The notes beneath the pieces were generated by a model, which worked only from the letters and a program-made list of their open reading frames with translations, did no database searches and was not told the origin of the DNA. A stretch of 64,000 nt of DNA. Source: an uncultured Candidatus Rokubacteria bacterium. GTDB lineage: Bacteria > Methylomirabilota > Methylomirabilia > Rokubacteriales > CSP1-6. The stretch covers positions 1,728,001 through 1,792,000 of the forward strand of contig CAVYTA010000006.1 of the NCBI GenBank assembly GCA_963771355.1, given 5' to 3'. This document shows, in pieces, positions 40,496-50,459 of this stretch; position 1 is the stretch's first letter, and each line of letters begins with the position of its first letter. A program made the position numbers and the translations under genes.

Positions 40496-40945
40496 TCAGA
40501 TCGCGTCGGCTGGATCTTTCCCGGCCACCTGCGTGAGACCCTTGGCGAAGCGGCCGGCGTGGGACTTCTCCGCCTTGGCCAGCGTCTCGAACCACTCCGC
40601 CAGCTCGGGGTAGCCTTCCTCGCGGGCGGTCTTGGCCATGCCGGGATACATCTGGGTGTACTCGTAGGTCTCGCCCGCCACCGCCGCCTTGAGATTCTTC
40701 TCCGTCTTGCCGATGGGCTCGCCGGTGGCAGGGTCCCCGACTTCCTTGATGAAGTCGAGATGCCCGAACGCATGACCCGTCTCCGCGTCGGCGGTGTCCT
40801 TGAACAGGCCCGCGATGTCCGGGAACCCTTCGATGTCGGCGACGCGGGCGAAGTAGAGGTAGCGCCGATTCGCCTGCGACTCTCCCGCGAAGGCCTCCTT
40901 GAGGTTCTCGTGGCTCTTGCTGCCCTTCAGGCTCTTCCCTGCCAT
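40496..40945 (-). CDS. rbr: Rubrerythrin (short form without rubredoxin domain)
   Basis: AFAGESQANRRYLYFA, ETGHA, GETYEYTQMYP and AEKSHA diiron ligands; RBS GAGGAG. Confidence 0.93.
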   Translation of the reverse strand: MAGKSLKGSKSHENLKEAFAGESQANRRYLYFARVADIEGFPDIAGLFKDTADAETGHAFGHLDFIKEVGDPATGEPIGKTEKNLKAAVAGETYEYTQMYPGMAKTAREEGYPELAEWFETLAKAEKSHAGRFAKGLTQVAGKDPADAI

Positions 40946-40986
40946 GGTGATTCTCCTCTCGCCCCCACGGTCGCCCGGAGGGCCGG

Positions 40987-41583
40987 TCAGGATGAACGAC
41001 GGGATCGCCCGTGCGGGGAGCGATCCGGCCCGCGCCGGGCCGGAGTCGGCCGGCAGGCGGGACAGCGGCCGAAGAACTCGATGCGGTGATGCGTGATGGT
41101 GAGCCCGGTGAGCGCGGCCACCCGGGCGGAGACGGCGCGGGTGGACGGATCGCAGAGGGGTCCGTCCACGTCCACGATGCGACCACAGCCGGTACACGTG
41201 AAGTGATGGTGCCGCTCGAGGTTCCCATCGAAGCGGGCGTGCGGTCCCGGCAGCTCGTGCACCAGCCCCTCCGCCACCAGCAGGCGCAGGTTGCGGTACA
41301 CCGTGCCCAGGCTCACCCGCGGCAGGCGCCGCCGCACCATGCGATGCACCGACTCCGCGGTGGGATGGGCCTCGGTGCCGCGCACCACCTCGAGGACGAT
41401 GCGGCGGGGCCCGGTGAGCCGCAGGCCCCGCGTGCGCAGCGAGCCCGCCGCGCTGGTATCGGGAGCGCGACCGGTGGTCGCCCCCCCGGCGGGGGTGGAC
41501 TTTTTTCTGGGAATCGTTCTCGGAATCATTTTCGGTTTAGAGATCATCTTCGCTTTAGAAGTCGGGCTCGTTTTAGGAATCAT
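40987..41583 (-). CDS. perR: Fur family regulator, PerR-like
   Basis: [23 protein letters not shown] and GRCPAC motifs; upstream of rubrerythrin. Confidence 0.85.
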   Translation of the reverse strand: MIPKTSPTSKAKMISKPKMIPRTIPRKKSTPAGGATTGRAPDTSAAGSLRTRGLRLTGPRRIVLEVVRGTEAHPTAESVHRMVRRRLPRVSLGTVYRNLRLLVAEGLVHELPGPHARFDGNLERHHHFTCTGCGRIVDVDGPLCDPSTRAVSARVAALTGLTITHHRIEFFGRCPACRPTPARRGPDRSPHGRSRRSS

Positions 41584-41627
41584 TCTCAATTTGGCCCCAC
41601 CGTAGCCGGAGGCGCGGACCCTGTCAA
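41508..41627 (-). promoter_or_regulatory. perR promoter plus Fur/Per-box-like array
   Basis: TTGACA(41627)-17bp-TACGGT(41599); TTGAGAATGATTCCTAA covers the ATG, and degenerate copies continue into the CDS. Confidence 0.7.
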
Positions 41628-41692
41628 GCGCTTCGTGTTGCTCCCCGCGCGCGCCTTCCTGTAGACTGACGACCTCAGGAGGACCTGTTCGA

Positions 41693-44503
41693 ATGCCCCA
41701 ACCCCGGTGGCTCCGGATCGAGGGAGCCCGGCAGAACAATCTCAAGAACGTGTCCCTCGCCATCCCGCACGATGCGGTGACCGTGGTCACCGGCGTGTCG
41801 GGCTCCGGAAAATCCTCGCTCGCCTTCGACACGCTCTTCGCGGAAGGCCAGTGGCGGTACGTCGAGTCCCTGTCCACCTACGCCCGCATGTTCCTCGACC
41901 GGGTGGACCGGCCCGACGTGGACCGGATCGAGAACATCCGGCCCGCCATCGCGCTGGAGCAGAAGAACCCCGTGCGGACGGCCCGCTCCACGGTGGGCAC
42001 GGCCACCGAGCTCTACGACTACCTTCGCCTCCTCTTCGGCCGCATTGGGCGCGTCCACTGCCCGCGCTGCGGAAGCGAGGCGCGGAGCGACGCCGCCGAC
42101 ACGGTGACGGAGGCACTGGTGCGCGAGCACCCCGACGCGCGCGCCCTCGTGTGCTTCCCGCTGCCCGTCCCCGTCGGCGTGGACACGCAGGCGACCTATG
42201 CCGCGCTACTCCGCCGCGGCTTCGCGCGGGTCAAGGTCGCCGGGGAGGTCCGCGAGCTGGCCGACGCCGCCGGCCAGCCCGCCGCCCTGCCCGCGCCCGA
42301 GCCGGGGCAGCCTCTCCTGATCGTGCTGGACCGCGTGACGCTCGGCCGGGAGTCCCGGCGCCGGGTGGCGGAGTCCCTCGATGCCGCGCTGGCCGAAGGC
42401 GAGGGCCGGGCCGAGGTGGACGTGCTCGGCCGGGCGGTGATCTCGGTCAGCCGCGAGTACCGGTGCCCCAGCTGCGAGACTCCACTCACCCGGCCGCAGC
42501 CGCTCCTCTTCTCGTTCAATCACCCGGTGGGGGCCTGCCCCGAGTGCAAGGGCTTCGGCAATATCCTGCGCTACGACGAGCGCCTGGTGGTGCCCGATCC
42601 CACCCGGAGCCTCGCCGACGGGGCGGTGGAGCCCTGGACCCATCCGTCGGGGCGCTGGTACCAGAAGCAGCTCCTCAAGGCGGCCAAGAAGCGCGGGGTG
42701 GACCTGAGCCGGCCGTATGCCGAGCTCCCCAGCGCCGACCGCGAGTGGGTGTACGCGGGCGCCGACGGCTATGGCGGGATCCAGGGATTCTTCGAGGAGG
42801 TGGAGTCGTACCGTTACAAGCTCCACGTGCGCGTGTTTCTCTCGCGCTACCGCACCCAGTCGCGCTGTCCGCGCTGCGAGGGCACGCGGCTCAAGCCGGA
42901 GGCGCTGTCGGTCAAGGTGGGCGGCGCCACCATCGCCGAGCTCTGTGACCGGACCATCGAGGACCTGGCCGCCTTCGTCGAGGACCTCCGCCTCGGCAGC
43001 CTCGAGGCGGCGGTGGCGCGCGACGTCCTCCGCCTTCTCCGCGCCAAGCTGTCCTTCCTGCTGCGCGTGGGCCTGGGCTACATCACGCTCGGGCGCCAGA
43101 CGCGGACGCTCTCCGGGGGCGAGGCCCAGCGCATCAACCTGGCCAATCAGCTCGGCGCCCAGCTGGTGGGAACGCTCTACATCCTGGACGAGCCCTCCAT
43201 CGGGCTCCACGCCCGCGACACCTCGCGTCTGGCCGAGCTCTGCGGCGAGCTGGCCGCCGCCGGCAACACCGTGGTGGTGGTCGAGCACGACCGCTCGTTC
43301 ATCCAGGCGGCCGACTACGTGGTGGAGATGGGCCCCGGCTCGGGCGATCGCGGGGGGACCGTCACCTTCGCGGGGAACCAGGCAGAGTTCGCGCGCGACC
43401 CGCACTCCCTCACCGCCCGCTACCTCAGCGGTCGCGAGGGTATCCCGCTGCCCATCACCCGGCGCGAGGGCCGGCGGGCCCTCGTGGTGCGCGGCGCTCG
43501 GGCCCACAACCTCAAGGACGTCACCCTCCGCATCCCGCTCCACACCCTCACCTGCGTGTCCGGCGTGTCCGGATCCGGCAAGTCCACCCTCGTGCACGAG
43601 ACGCTCTATCGCGCGGTGGCCCGGCACTTCAAGGCGGACTTCAAGACTCCCGGCGAGCACGACGAGGTGCGTGGGCTGGAGTACCTCAAGGGCGTGCGCC
43701 TCATCGATCAGGAGCCCATCGGCCGCACGCCCCGGTCCAACCCGGTCACCTATGTGAAGATCTTCGACGAGATCCGGAAGCTCTTCGCGGCGCTGCCACG
43801 GGCGCGGACGCTGGGCCTCGGCGCGGGTGCCTTCTCCTTCAACGTGCCGGGCGGCCGTTGCGAGGCCTGCGAGGGCGGCGGGTTCCAGAAGCTCGAGATG
43901 TACTTCTTCGAGGACGTCTACGTGTCGTGTCCAGAGTGCGAGGGCCGCCGCTACCGGTCCGAGGTGCTCAAGGTCACCTACAAGGGCAAGGACATCAGCC
44001 AGGTCCTGCAGCTCACCGTGGACGAGTCAGTGGACTTCTTCGGAGCCCATACCGTGCTGGCCCGGCGCCTCAAGCTGCTGCAGGACGTGGGCCTGGGCTA
44101 TCTTCGCCTCGGCCAGCCCGCCACCACCCTCTCCGGCGGCGAGGCGCAGCGGCTGAAGATCGCGGCCGAGCTGGGGACGCGCCAGACCTCGGATCATCTG
44201 TACATCCTCGACGAGCCGACCACCGGCCTGCACCTCGACGACGTCAAGAAGCTGCTCGTGGTGCTCAGCCGCTTGGTCGACTCGGGCAACACCGTGATCG
44301 TAGTCGAGCATCACCTCGACGTCATCAAGTCCGCGGACTGGGTGGTGGATCTCGGGCCCGAGGGCGGCGGGGCCGGCGGCGCTATCATCGCCGAGGGCAC
44401 TCCGGAGCAGCTGGCCCAGGTGGACGGCTCCTACACCGGCAAGTTCCTCCGCGAGCTCCTTCCTCGACCCAACGGCAAGGGCGCCGGCGGGCGGATGGGA
44501 TGA
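41693..44503 (+). CDS. uvrA: Excinuclease ABC subunit A
   Basis: Two ABC modules ([10 protein letters not shown] and LSGGEAQR, each twice), FSFN motifs and zinc fingers. Confidence 0.95.
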   Translation: MPQPRWLRIEGARQNNLKNVSLAIPHDAVTVVTGVSGSGKSSLAFDTLFAEGQWRYVESLSTYARMFLDRVDRPDVDRIENIRPAIALEQKNPVRTARSTVGTATELYDYLRLLFGRIGRVHCPRCGSEARSDAADTVTEALVREHPDARALVCFPLPVPVGVDTQATYAALLRRGFARVKVAGEVRELADAAGQPAALPAPEPGQPLLIVLDRVTLGRESRRRVAESLDAALAEGEGRAEVDVLGRAVISVSREYRCPSCETPLTRPQPLLFSFNHPVGACPECKGFGNILRYDERLVVPDPTRSLADGAVEPWTHPSGRWYQKQLLKAAKKRGVDLSRPYAELPSADREWVYAGADGYGGIQGFFEEVESYRYKLHVRVFLSRYRTQSRCPRCEGTRLKPEALSVKVGGATIAELCDRTIEDLAAFVEDLRLGSLEAAVARDVLRLLRAKLSFLLRVGLGYITLGRQTRTLSGGEAQRINLANQLGAQLVGTLYILDEPSIGLHARDTSRLAELCGELAAAGNTVVVVEHDRSFIQAADYVVEMGPGSGDRGGTVTFAGNQAEFARDPHSLTARYLSGREGIPLPITRREGRRALVVRGARAHNLKDVTLRIPLHTLTCVSGVSGSGKSTLVHETLYRAVARHFKADFKTPGEHDEVRGLEYLKGVRLIDQEPIGRTPRSNPVTYVKIFDEIRKLFAALPRARTLGLGAGAFSFNVPGGRCEACEGGGFQKLEMYFFEDVYVSCPECEGRRYRSEVLKVTYKGKDISQVLQLTVDESVDFFGAHTVLARRLKLLQDVGLGYLRLGQPATTLSGGEAQRLKIAAELGTRQTSDHLYILDEPTTGLHLDDVKKLLVVLSRLVDSGNTVIVVEHHLDVIKSADWVVDLGPEGGGAGGAIIAEGTPEQLAQVDGSYTGKFLRELLPRPNGKGAGGRMG

Positions 44504-45792
44504 ACCCCTACCACATCCTCGAGGCCATCGGTCTCCTCATCCTCGGCCTGCTCTTCTACTCGTACACCTTCGAGTGGTTCGCCGGCACCCGACCCACCCA
44601 CCGTCTGAGTCGCGCCCTCCTTCACGGCGTGGGCTTCGGCGCGCTCACGGTGGCCATCATGATCGCCCGCATCGAGATCGCGCCCGGCATCTTCATCGAC
44701 GTCCGCGGGGTACCGGTGGCGCTCATCGGCCTCTTCGAGGGCGGGCCGGCGGCCCTGGTGGCCGCCGGCATCGCTTGCGCGTACCGCCTCGCGCTCGGCG
44801 GCGACGGCAAATGGGCGGGAGGCTCGAGCCTCCTCGTCACCGCCGCCGTCGCGGGCCTCGCGCACGTGTGGGTGCGGCGCGACGGCCGGATGCGCCCCCG
44901 CCACGTCATCGGCCTCGCCGCCGCCACCTTCGCGGTCACCGGCCTCGCCTTCGCGATGCTCGGCGCCGGGGGCCTGGCCCTCTTCTCCCGGGTGTGGTCG
45001 GAGTACGCCGTCGCCTTTGGCGTGGGAATCGGGCTGGTGGCGCGGCTCTTCTACGACGTGGCGGAGCAACACCGGCTGGCCGCCGCCCAGGGCCGCTTCC
45101 GCGCCGTGCTCGACGAGGCCACCGACGCCATCCGGATCATCGACTGCGACAACCAGCGCATCGTGGACGTCAACCGTGCCGACTGCGTGCTGTCGGGCTG
45201 CCCTCGCGAGGAGCTGGTGGGACGCGACCGGCATGAGTTCTGGCCCGACGATCCCGAGGCCCGCCGGACCCAGGAGCGGTCCTTTGCCGAGACGTACGCG
45301 ACCGGGTTCTTGACGACGAGGAGCTCGCCCTTCCGCAACCAGGGCGGAACCGTCTTCCCGGTGGACACCACGCGCCGGATTGTCGAGTTCCAGGGGCGGC
45401 GCTACGAGATCATCGTGTGGCGCGATGCCGCCGCGCGCATCGCCGCGGAAACGGCGGACCACGAGACCTCGGCACTGCGGGCGGCCACCCTCCTCGCCCG
45501 GGCCGCCGCCCACGAGATCAACAACCCGCTCGCCGTGGTGCTGGGATATCTGCAGCTCATGGGCGGCCGCGTGGCCCCCGAGACCAAGGAAGCGGGATGG
45601 ATACGCCAGATGACCGACTCCTGCGTCCGCATCCGCGACGCCGTCGGACGGTTCAACAGCATCACCAAGATCGAGGCGACCACGCCCGTCGGCAGCGTTC
45701 CCCCCATGCTCGACACCGCCCGCTCCTCCGCGCCGGCGGCGACCGCTCCCCCGCCGCCCGCGCCTCCGCCGCCCCCTTCGCCCGCTCCGTGA
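44500..45792 (+). CDS. 5TMR-LYT membrane sensor + PAS + HisKA, lacking the ATPase domain
   Basis: GIFIDVR..LIGLF.G LytS-like TM region, PAS (IVDVNRA..LSG..REELVG) and AHEINNPL, then a Pro-rich end with no N/G boxes. Confidence 0.8.
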   Translation: MNPYHILEAIGLLILGLLFYSYTFEWFAGTRPTHRLSRALLHGVGFGALTVAIMIARIEIAPGIFIDVRGVPVALIGLFEGGPAALVAAGIACAYRLALGGDGKWAGGSSLLVTAAVAGLAHVWVRRDGRMRPRHVIGLAAATFAVTGLAFAMLGAGGLALFSRVWSEYAVAFGVGIGLVARLFYDVAEQHRLAAAQGRFRAVLDEATDAIRIIDCDNQRIVDVNRADCVLSGCPREELVGRDRHEFWPDDPEARRTQERSFAETYATGFLTTRSSPFRNQGGTVFPVDTTRRIVEFQGRRYEIIVWRDAAARIAAETADHETSALRAATLLARAAAHEINNPLAVVLGYLQLMGGRVAPETKEAGWIRQMTDSCVRIRDAVGRFNSITKIEATTPVGSVPPMLDTARSSAPAATAPPPPAPPPPPSPAP

Positions 45793-47024
45793 GGGCCCCG
45801 CTCTACTACGGCTGGGTCGTCGTCGCGGGCGCCTTCCTCGTCCTCTTCCTCGCCTACGGCACGCAGTACGCCTTCGGCGTCTTCTTCGCCGCGCTGCTCG
45901 CCGAGTTCCACTGGTCGCGCGCCAGTCTCTCGGGCGCTTTTTCGCTCTATGCCTTCGTCTACAGCGTGTTCGGACTGGTGGCGGGACGCCTCACCGATCG
46001 CTGGGGACCCCGCGCGGTGATCGGCGGGGGCGGCGTGCTCCTCGGGGCCGGGCTCGCCGGTATGAGTCGCGTGGATGCGCTCTGGCAGCCCTATGTCCTC
46101 TACGGCGGCGTGGCCGCATTGGGCATGTCCACCGCCTTCGTTCCCTGCAACGCCACCGTGGTGCGGTGGTTCGTGCGCCGCCGCGGGCTCGCGGTGGGGC
46201 TGGCCACCGCGGGCGGCAGTCTCGGCACCTTTGTCTTGCCCCCGGTGGCCCACTGGCTGGTGAGCGGGCTCGGCTGGAGAGGCGCCTACCTCGCCTTCGG
46301 GGTGGCGGTCTTCCTCGTGCTCAATGGGGTCGCCTTCCTGATGCGCCGCGATCCGGAATCCCTCGGCCTTTCTCCCGATGGCGCGGCCCGACCTCTCACC
46401 GCCGAGGCGGAAGTCGCCGGCTGGCCGGTGCGGGCGGCGATGCGGACCCGCGCCTTCTGGATGCTCTTCTGCATCTTCGGTCTCACCTGGATGTCCGTCT
46501 TCGTGCCCCTCGTGCACCTCGTGCCCCTGGCGCGCGATCTCGGCGTGGACTCGCTCCGCGCGGCGACCCTGGTCAGCGCGCTGGGCATCGCCGCGGTGGC
46601 GGGGCGGATCGCCATGGGGTGGGTGTCGGACCGCATCGGCCGGCGTCCCGTGCTCGCCGTCGGGCTCGCGCTCCAGTCGGTGTCCTTCGTGGGGCTCGCG
46701 CAGGCGACCGGACTGCCCGCGCTGTACGCGGCCGCGCTGACCTTCGGCTTCTCCTATGGAACGATCTCGACGATCTTCCCCGCCATGGTGGCGGACTTCT
46801 TCGGCCGCGCCAACGCGGGCAGCCTGGTCGGGCTCCTGTTCGGGATCGCCGCGCCCTCGGCGGCCGTCGGCCCGGTGGCGGCGGGCTGGATCTACGATCG
46901 CCACGGCGGCTACGAGCTCGCCTGGTGGCTCAGCGCGGGCATCAACCTGGCGGCGTTGGCCCTGCTCGCGTTCGCGCGCCCGCCCGGGCGGGCGCCGATT
47001 GACCGGTCCGCGCGCGCCCGCTAG
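45789..47024 (+). CDS. MFS transporter (OFA/MCT-like)
   Basis: YYGWVVV, GRLTDRWGPR, WFVRRRGLAVG and GWVSDRIGRR motifs; 12 TM. Confidence 0.92.
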   Translation: MRAPLYYGWVVVAGAFLVLFLAYGTQYAFGVFFAALLAEFHWSRASLSGAFSLYAFVYSVFGLVAGRLTDRWGPRAVIGGGGVLLGAGLAGMSRVDALWQPYVLYGGVAALGMSTAFVPCNATVVRWFVRRRGLAVGLATAGGSLGTFVLPPVAHWLVSGLGWRGAYLAFGVAVFLVLNGVAFLMRRDPESLGLSPDGAARPLTAEAEVAGWPVRAAMRTRAFWMLFCIFGLTWMSVFVPLVHLVPLARDLGVDSLRAATLVSALGIAAVAGRIAMGWVSDRIGRRPVLAVGLALQSVSFVGLAQATGLPALYAAALTFGFSYGTISTIFPAMVADFFGRANAGSLVGLLFGIAAPSAAVGPVAAGWIYDRHGGYELAWWLSAGINLAALALLAFARPPGRAPIDRSARAR

Positions 47025-47089
47025 ACTGGGCCGGCCGCCGGCCGCCACGAACCGAAGCCGGCGCCAACGAACTTCTCCAGGGAGGCGCG

Positions 47090-48304
47090 ATGGCCGGGCT
47101 CAAGGACAAGTACTGCATCGTCGGCGTCGGTGAAACCGAGTACAGCCGCGAATCCCGCCGGAGCACGCGCGCGATGGCGGTGGAAGCGGTCCGGAAGGCC
47201 ATGGACGACGCCGGGCTCGCCTCCGCCCAGGTGGACGGGATGATGTCCTACCAGAGCGGCGACTCCACTCCCGCCCCCTGGGTCTCCGGCGACCTCGGCC
47301 TGCGGCTGAACTTCTACATGGACGTATTCGGCGGCGGCTCGTCCACCGAGGCGCTCGTCGGACTCGCCATCGGCGCCATCGAGGCGGGGATGTGCAACAC
47401 GGTGGCGCTGTTTCGCTCGATGAACGGCTATTCCGACTTCCGCATCGGAGGCACCGGGGCGCGCGCGGCCCAGCCGGTGCGCGGCCTGGACCTGGCGCAG
47501 GTGCCCTTCGGCATGCGGAGCGCGGGCCAGAACTTCGCGCCCACCTTCATGCGGCACATGTACGAGTACGGCACCACCTCGGAGCAGGTGGCGGCCGTGC
47601 GCGTGGCCCACAGCCGGCACGCCTCCCAGAACCCGAAGGCCTTCCTGAAGGACCGGGTGACGGTGGCGGACGTGGTGGGCTCGCGCTGGATCGTGAAGCC
47701 GCTGCACCTCCTCGACTGCTGCCTGGAGACGGACAACGCCACCGCCCTCATCGTCACCTCCACCGAGCGCGCGCGCGACCTCAAGCGGAAGCCCGCCCAC
47801 ATCATGGGCGTCGCCGGCCGCGTCAACAAGCCGCGCCTCGACTTCCACTGGGCGCACGGGCCGATCAGCCGCGTGGCCGGCTACTACGCCAAGGAGGTCG
47901 TGTTCGGCCAGGCCGGCATCGGGCCCGAGGACGTGGACGTCACCGGCTCCTACGACGCCTTCACCTTCACCACCATGCTCCAGCTCGAGGAGTACGGCTT
48001 CTGCAAGAAGGGCGAGGGCGGGGCCTACGTCTCGAGCGGAATCATCGAGCTGGGCGGCAAGCGGCCCAATAACACCTCCGGCGGGCATCTCTGCGAGGGT
48101 TACACCCACGGCATGAGCATGGTCATCGAGAACGTGCGCCAGCTGCGGGGCACCGTGGACGACTATTGCCCGGGAGCCGCCGACGGCAAGCACTCGTATG
48201 ACTACGCGCCGGGCAAGTGCCGGCAGGTCAAGGACGCGCGCATCACCATGAACCTCGGCTGGGCGATGCCCCCGACCGGCTCGGCCCTGATCCTCCACAC
48301 CTGA
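47090..48304 (+). CDS. SCP2/Ltp2-type thiolase-like protein
   Basis: IVGVGET, PLHLLDCCLETD, YDAFT and NTSGGHLCEGYTHG motifs. Confidence 0.88.
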   Translation: MAGLKDKYCIVGVGETEYSRESRRSTRAMAVEAVRKAMDDAGLASAQVDGMMSYQSGDSTPAPWVSGDLGLRLNFYMDVFGGGSSTEALVGLAIGAIEAGMCNTVALFRSMNGYSDFRIGGTGARAAQPVRGLDLAQVPFGMRSAGQNFAPTFMRHMYEYGTTSEQVAAVRVAHSRHASQNPKAFLKDRVTVADVVGSRWIVKPLHLLDCCLETDNATALIVTSTERARDLKRKPAHIMGVAGRVNKPRLDFHWAHGPISRVAGYYAKEVVFGQAGIGPEDVDVTGSYDAFTFTTMLQLEEYGFCKKGEGGAYVSSGIIELGGKRPNNTSGGHLCEGYTHGMSMVIENVRQLRGTVDDYCPGAADGKHSYDYAPGKCRQVKDARITMNLGWAMPPTGSALILHT

Positions 48305-48320
48305 GAGCGGAGATCGCCCC

Positions 48321-48827
48321 ATGGCCAACGTGGAATACCGCGGTATGAACCTGGTGATCCCCGAGAACGACTCGGAGTGGCGCGAGCACTTCAAGCTGGC
48401 CCGGCAGCGGCGGAAGCTTGTGCTCCGCAGGTGCACGAAGTGCGGGCTCATGCGCTATCCCCCCAGCCACGGCTGTCCCTGGTGCCCGTCGCTCGAGTGG
48501 AGCTGGCAGGACGTGTCAGGGGGCGGCCACATCTACTCCTACGAGGTGGTGCATCACGCCATCCAGCCCGGCTTCAAGGAGTGGACGCCCTACACGGTGG
48601 CCCTGGTGGAGCTCGACGAGCAGCGGGGCGCGCCCACGGCCGACGAGGCGCTCCGCATCATCGCCAATGTGGTCACGCGGGAGTTCCGGCCCGAGCCCGA
48701 GGCCAATGTCGCCATCGGCAAGCGGGTGCGTGTGGTCTTCCAGGACATCGGGGAGGACTGGGCCCTGCCCCAGGTGAGCCTCACCGACGAGCCGCCGGTG
48801 GGCCGGGTCTGGCGCTTCCCCGGGTAG
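48321..48827 (+). CDS. DUF35 zinc-ribbon/OB-fold protein
   Basis: CTKC..YPP..CPWC, IYSY and PYTVALVELDE motifs; adjacent to the thiolase-like gene. Confidence 0.88.
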   Translation: MANVEYRGMNLVIPENDSEWREHFKLARQRRKLVLRRCTKCGLMRYPPSHGCPWCPSLEWSWQDVSGGGHIYSYEVVHHAIQPGFKEWTPYTVALVELDEQRGAPTADEALRIIANVVTREFRPEPEANVAIGKRVRVVFQDIGEDWALPQVSLTDEPPVGRVWRFPG

Positions 48828-48870
48828 CGGACCTGACCACGCCGGCGGGGGCGGACGCTCTGGTGCCGTC

Positions 48871-49395
48871 CTACCCCCGCGTCAGCCGGGCCACGATGGC
48901 CTCGAACGCCTTGTCCGCCAGGTCGCGCACCTCGTCCCGGGTGAGCGGCTGGATGGGGTGCTGCACCATCACCGTCTCGTAGTCGTCCGCGCCCAGCGCC
49001 GACGCCTGCGCCCGTGCCGCCCGCTGGAACTCCGTCGAGATGACGGTGGCGGTGGGGATCCCGTGGTCCTCGAAAAATACGCCGTCGTGCACACTGCACG
49101 TTGTGCAGGACCCTCAGTCGGCGAGGCCCTCGATGAGCACCTCCGTCTCCTCGAGGATCTTCTTGCGCAGGTCCTCCGGCGCCGGGCGCGCGAAGGTGGG
49201 CTTCTTGCGGCGATGGATCGCCTTGGGCCGGTGCCGCTCGCGCAGCAACTCCTCCACGCGGTCCAGCAGGTGGTCGCCCTTGGCCTTGGAGATGTCGAGC
49301 AGGGTGATCACCTTCCCGTCGAGGGAGTCGGGACGCGGGGCGCGGTGCCGGGGCACCGCCACGGAGTCGGTGGGATCCAGGAATTCGTCGCTCAT
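48871..49395 (-). CDS. UGSC-family selenoprotein (in-frame TGA = Sec at 49114-49116)
   Basis: ORFs 49114..49395 and 48871..49092 are in the same frame; the junction reads GAC TGA GGG TCC TGC ACA ACG TGC AGT GTG CAC GAC = D-U-G-S-C-T-T-C-S-V-H-D; 174 aa in total. Confidence 0.88.
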
Positions 49396-49403
49396 GTCGC
49401 CTC

Positions 49404-50459
49404 CTAGTCGGCCTCGATCTTGCGATGGACCATCCGCGACATCTTGGGAAACGTCCAGCCCGCCACCACCGCCGAGAAGCGGCCGGCGGTGCCGCCCGCC
49501 ACCACGAACTTGAGGTTGGCCGGCTCACGGAACTTGGCGATCAGCGTCTCCTCGGTGGCGGGGGCGGCGAACTTCGCCAGCACGTGGGCGGGCAGCCCCT
49601 CGCCGCCGTCCATGCCCGGGATGAGCGCGCGCACCGGCTTGCGCAGGCGCTCCCACAGGAAGGCGCGCATGCGGCCCCGGTCCCACCCGTCGGCGGCGAG
49701 CAGGCGCGCGTGCTCGGGCGAGAGCACGATCAGGGTATCGCCGTGGTGAGTGGACTTGTGATGGGAGATCACCGCCAGCGAGTGCGCGAGGGTGACGAGG
49801 AGGTCCTCGCCCGTGCGGCTCAGGTGGTCGTAGACGGTCTGCGGGGCCGCGCCGGCGAAGGCGCTGATCACGCTCTCCCCGGGCGCGAAGCCCGCCTCCA
49901 TCGAGAGCGGCGACCAGGGGCTCTCCTCCTCGTTCTCCGCGATGCAGTAAGTGAAGTAGCCTGGATGCGCGAGGGTGGACATGGTGATGCCGCCGGCGGC
50001 GGCCCCGCCCACGTTGCGTATGATGAGGCGCAGCGCCCGCCCGATGGTGGCGTTGGCGCGATGGCCGGGTCCGAACACCCCCGCTCCCGCGTTGAAGTCG
50101 AGCCGCTTGCGCACCGGGCCGTTCACGATGAAGAGCGGCGCCGCGCTGTTGGTGGTGGCGGCCACGCCGTGGAGGTCGAAGGCGTCGTCGCACATCGCTT
50201 CCACCCCGGCGATCACCACCGGCAGGTATTCGGGCCGGCAGCCCGCCATCACCGCGTTGACCGCGATCTTCTCCACGGTGGCGTGGCCGAAGTTGGGCGG
50301 GACGAGGGCGACCAGGCCATCGGCGGGGCGACCCGCGGCGGCCACCGCCGCCGCCACCCGCTCGCGGGTGGGCGGCACCACCGGCAGCCCGTCGGTCACC
50401 CCCCGCGCGTCGAGCGCCTCGAAGGGGTCATCGGCGGGGTCCACCTCGCGACCGCTCAC
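49404..50459 (-). CDS. Conserved uncharacterised protein ('TDGLPVVPPT' family), partner of the UGSC protein
   Basis: TDGLPVVPPT, ATVEKIAVNAVMAGC.PEY, RANATIGRALRL, AENEEESPW and VVAGG motifs. Confidence 0.85.
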   Translation of the reverse strand: MSGREVDPADDPFEALDARGVTDGLPVVPPTRERVAAAVAAAGRPADGLVALVPPNFGHATVEKIAVNAVMAGCRPEYLPVVIAGVEAMCDDAFDLHGVAATTNSAAPLFIVNGPVRKRLDFNAGAGVFGPGHRANATIGRALRLIIRNVGGAAAGGITMSTLAHPGYFTYCIAENEEESPWSPLSMEAGFAPGESVISAFAGAAPQTVYDHLSRTGEDLLVTLAHSLAVISHHKSTHHGDTLIVLSPEHARLLAADGWDRGRMRAFLWERLRKPVRALIPGMDGGEGLPAHVLAKFAAPATEETLIAKFREPANLKFVVAGGTAGRFSAVVAGWTFPKMSRMVHRKIEAD

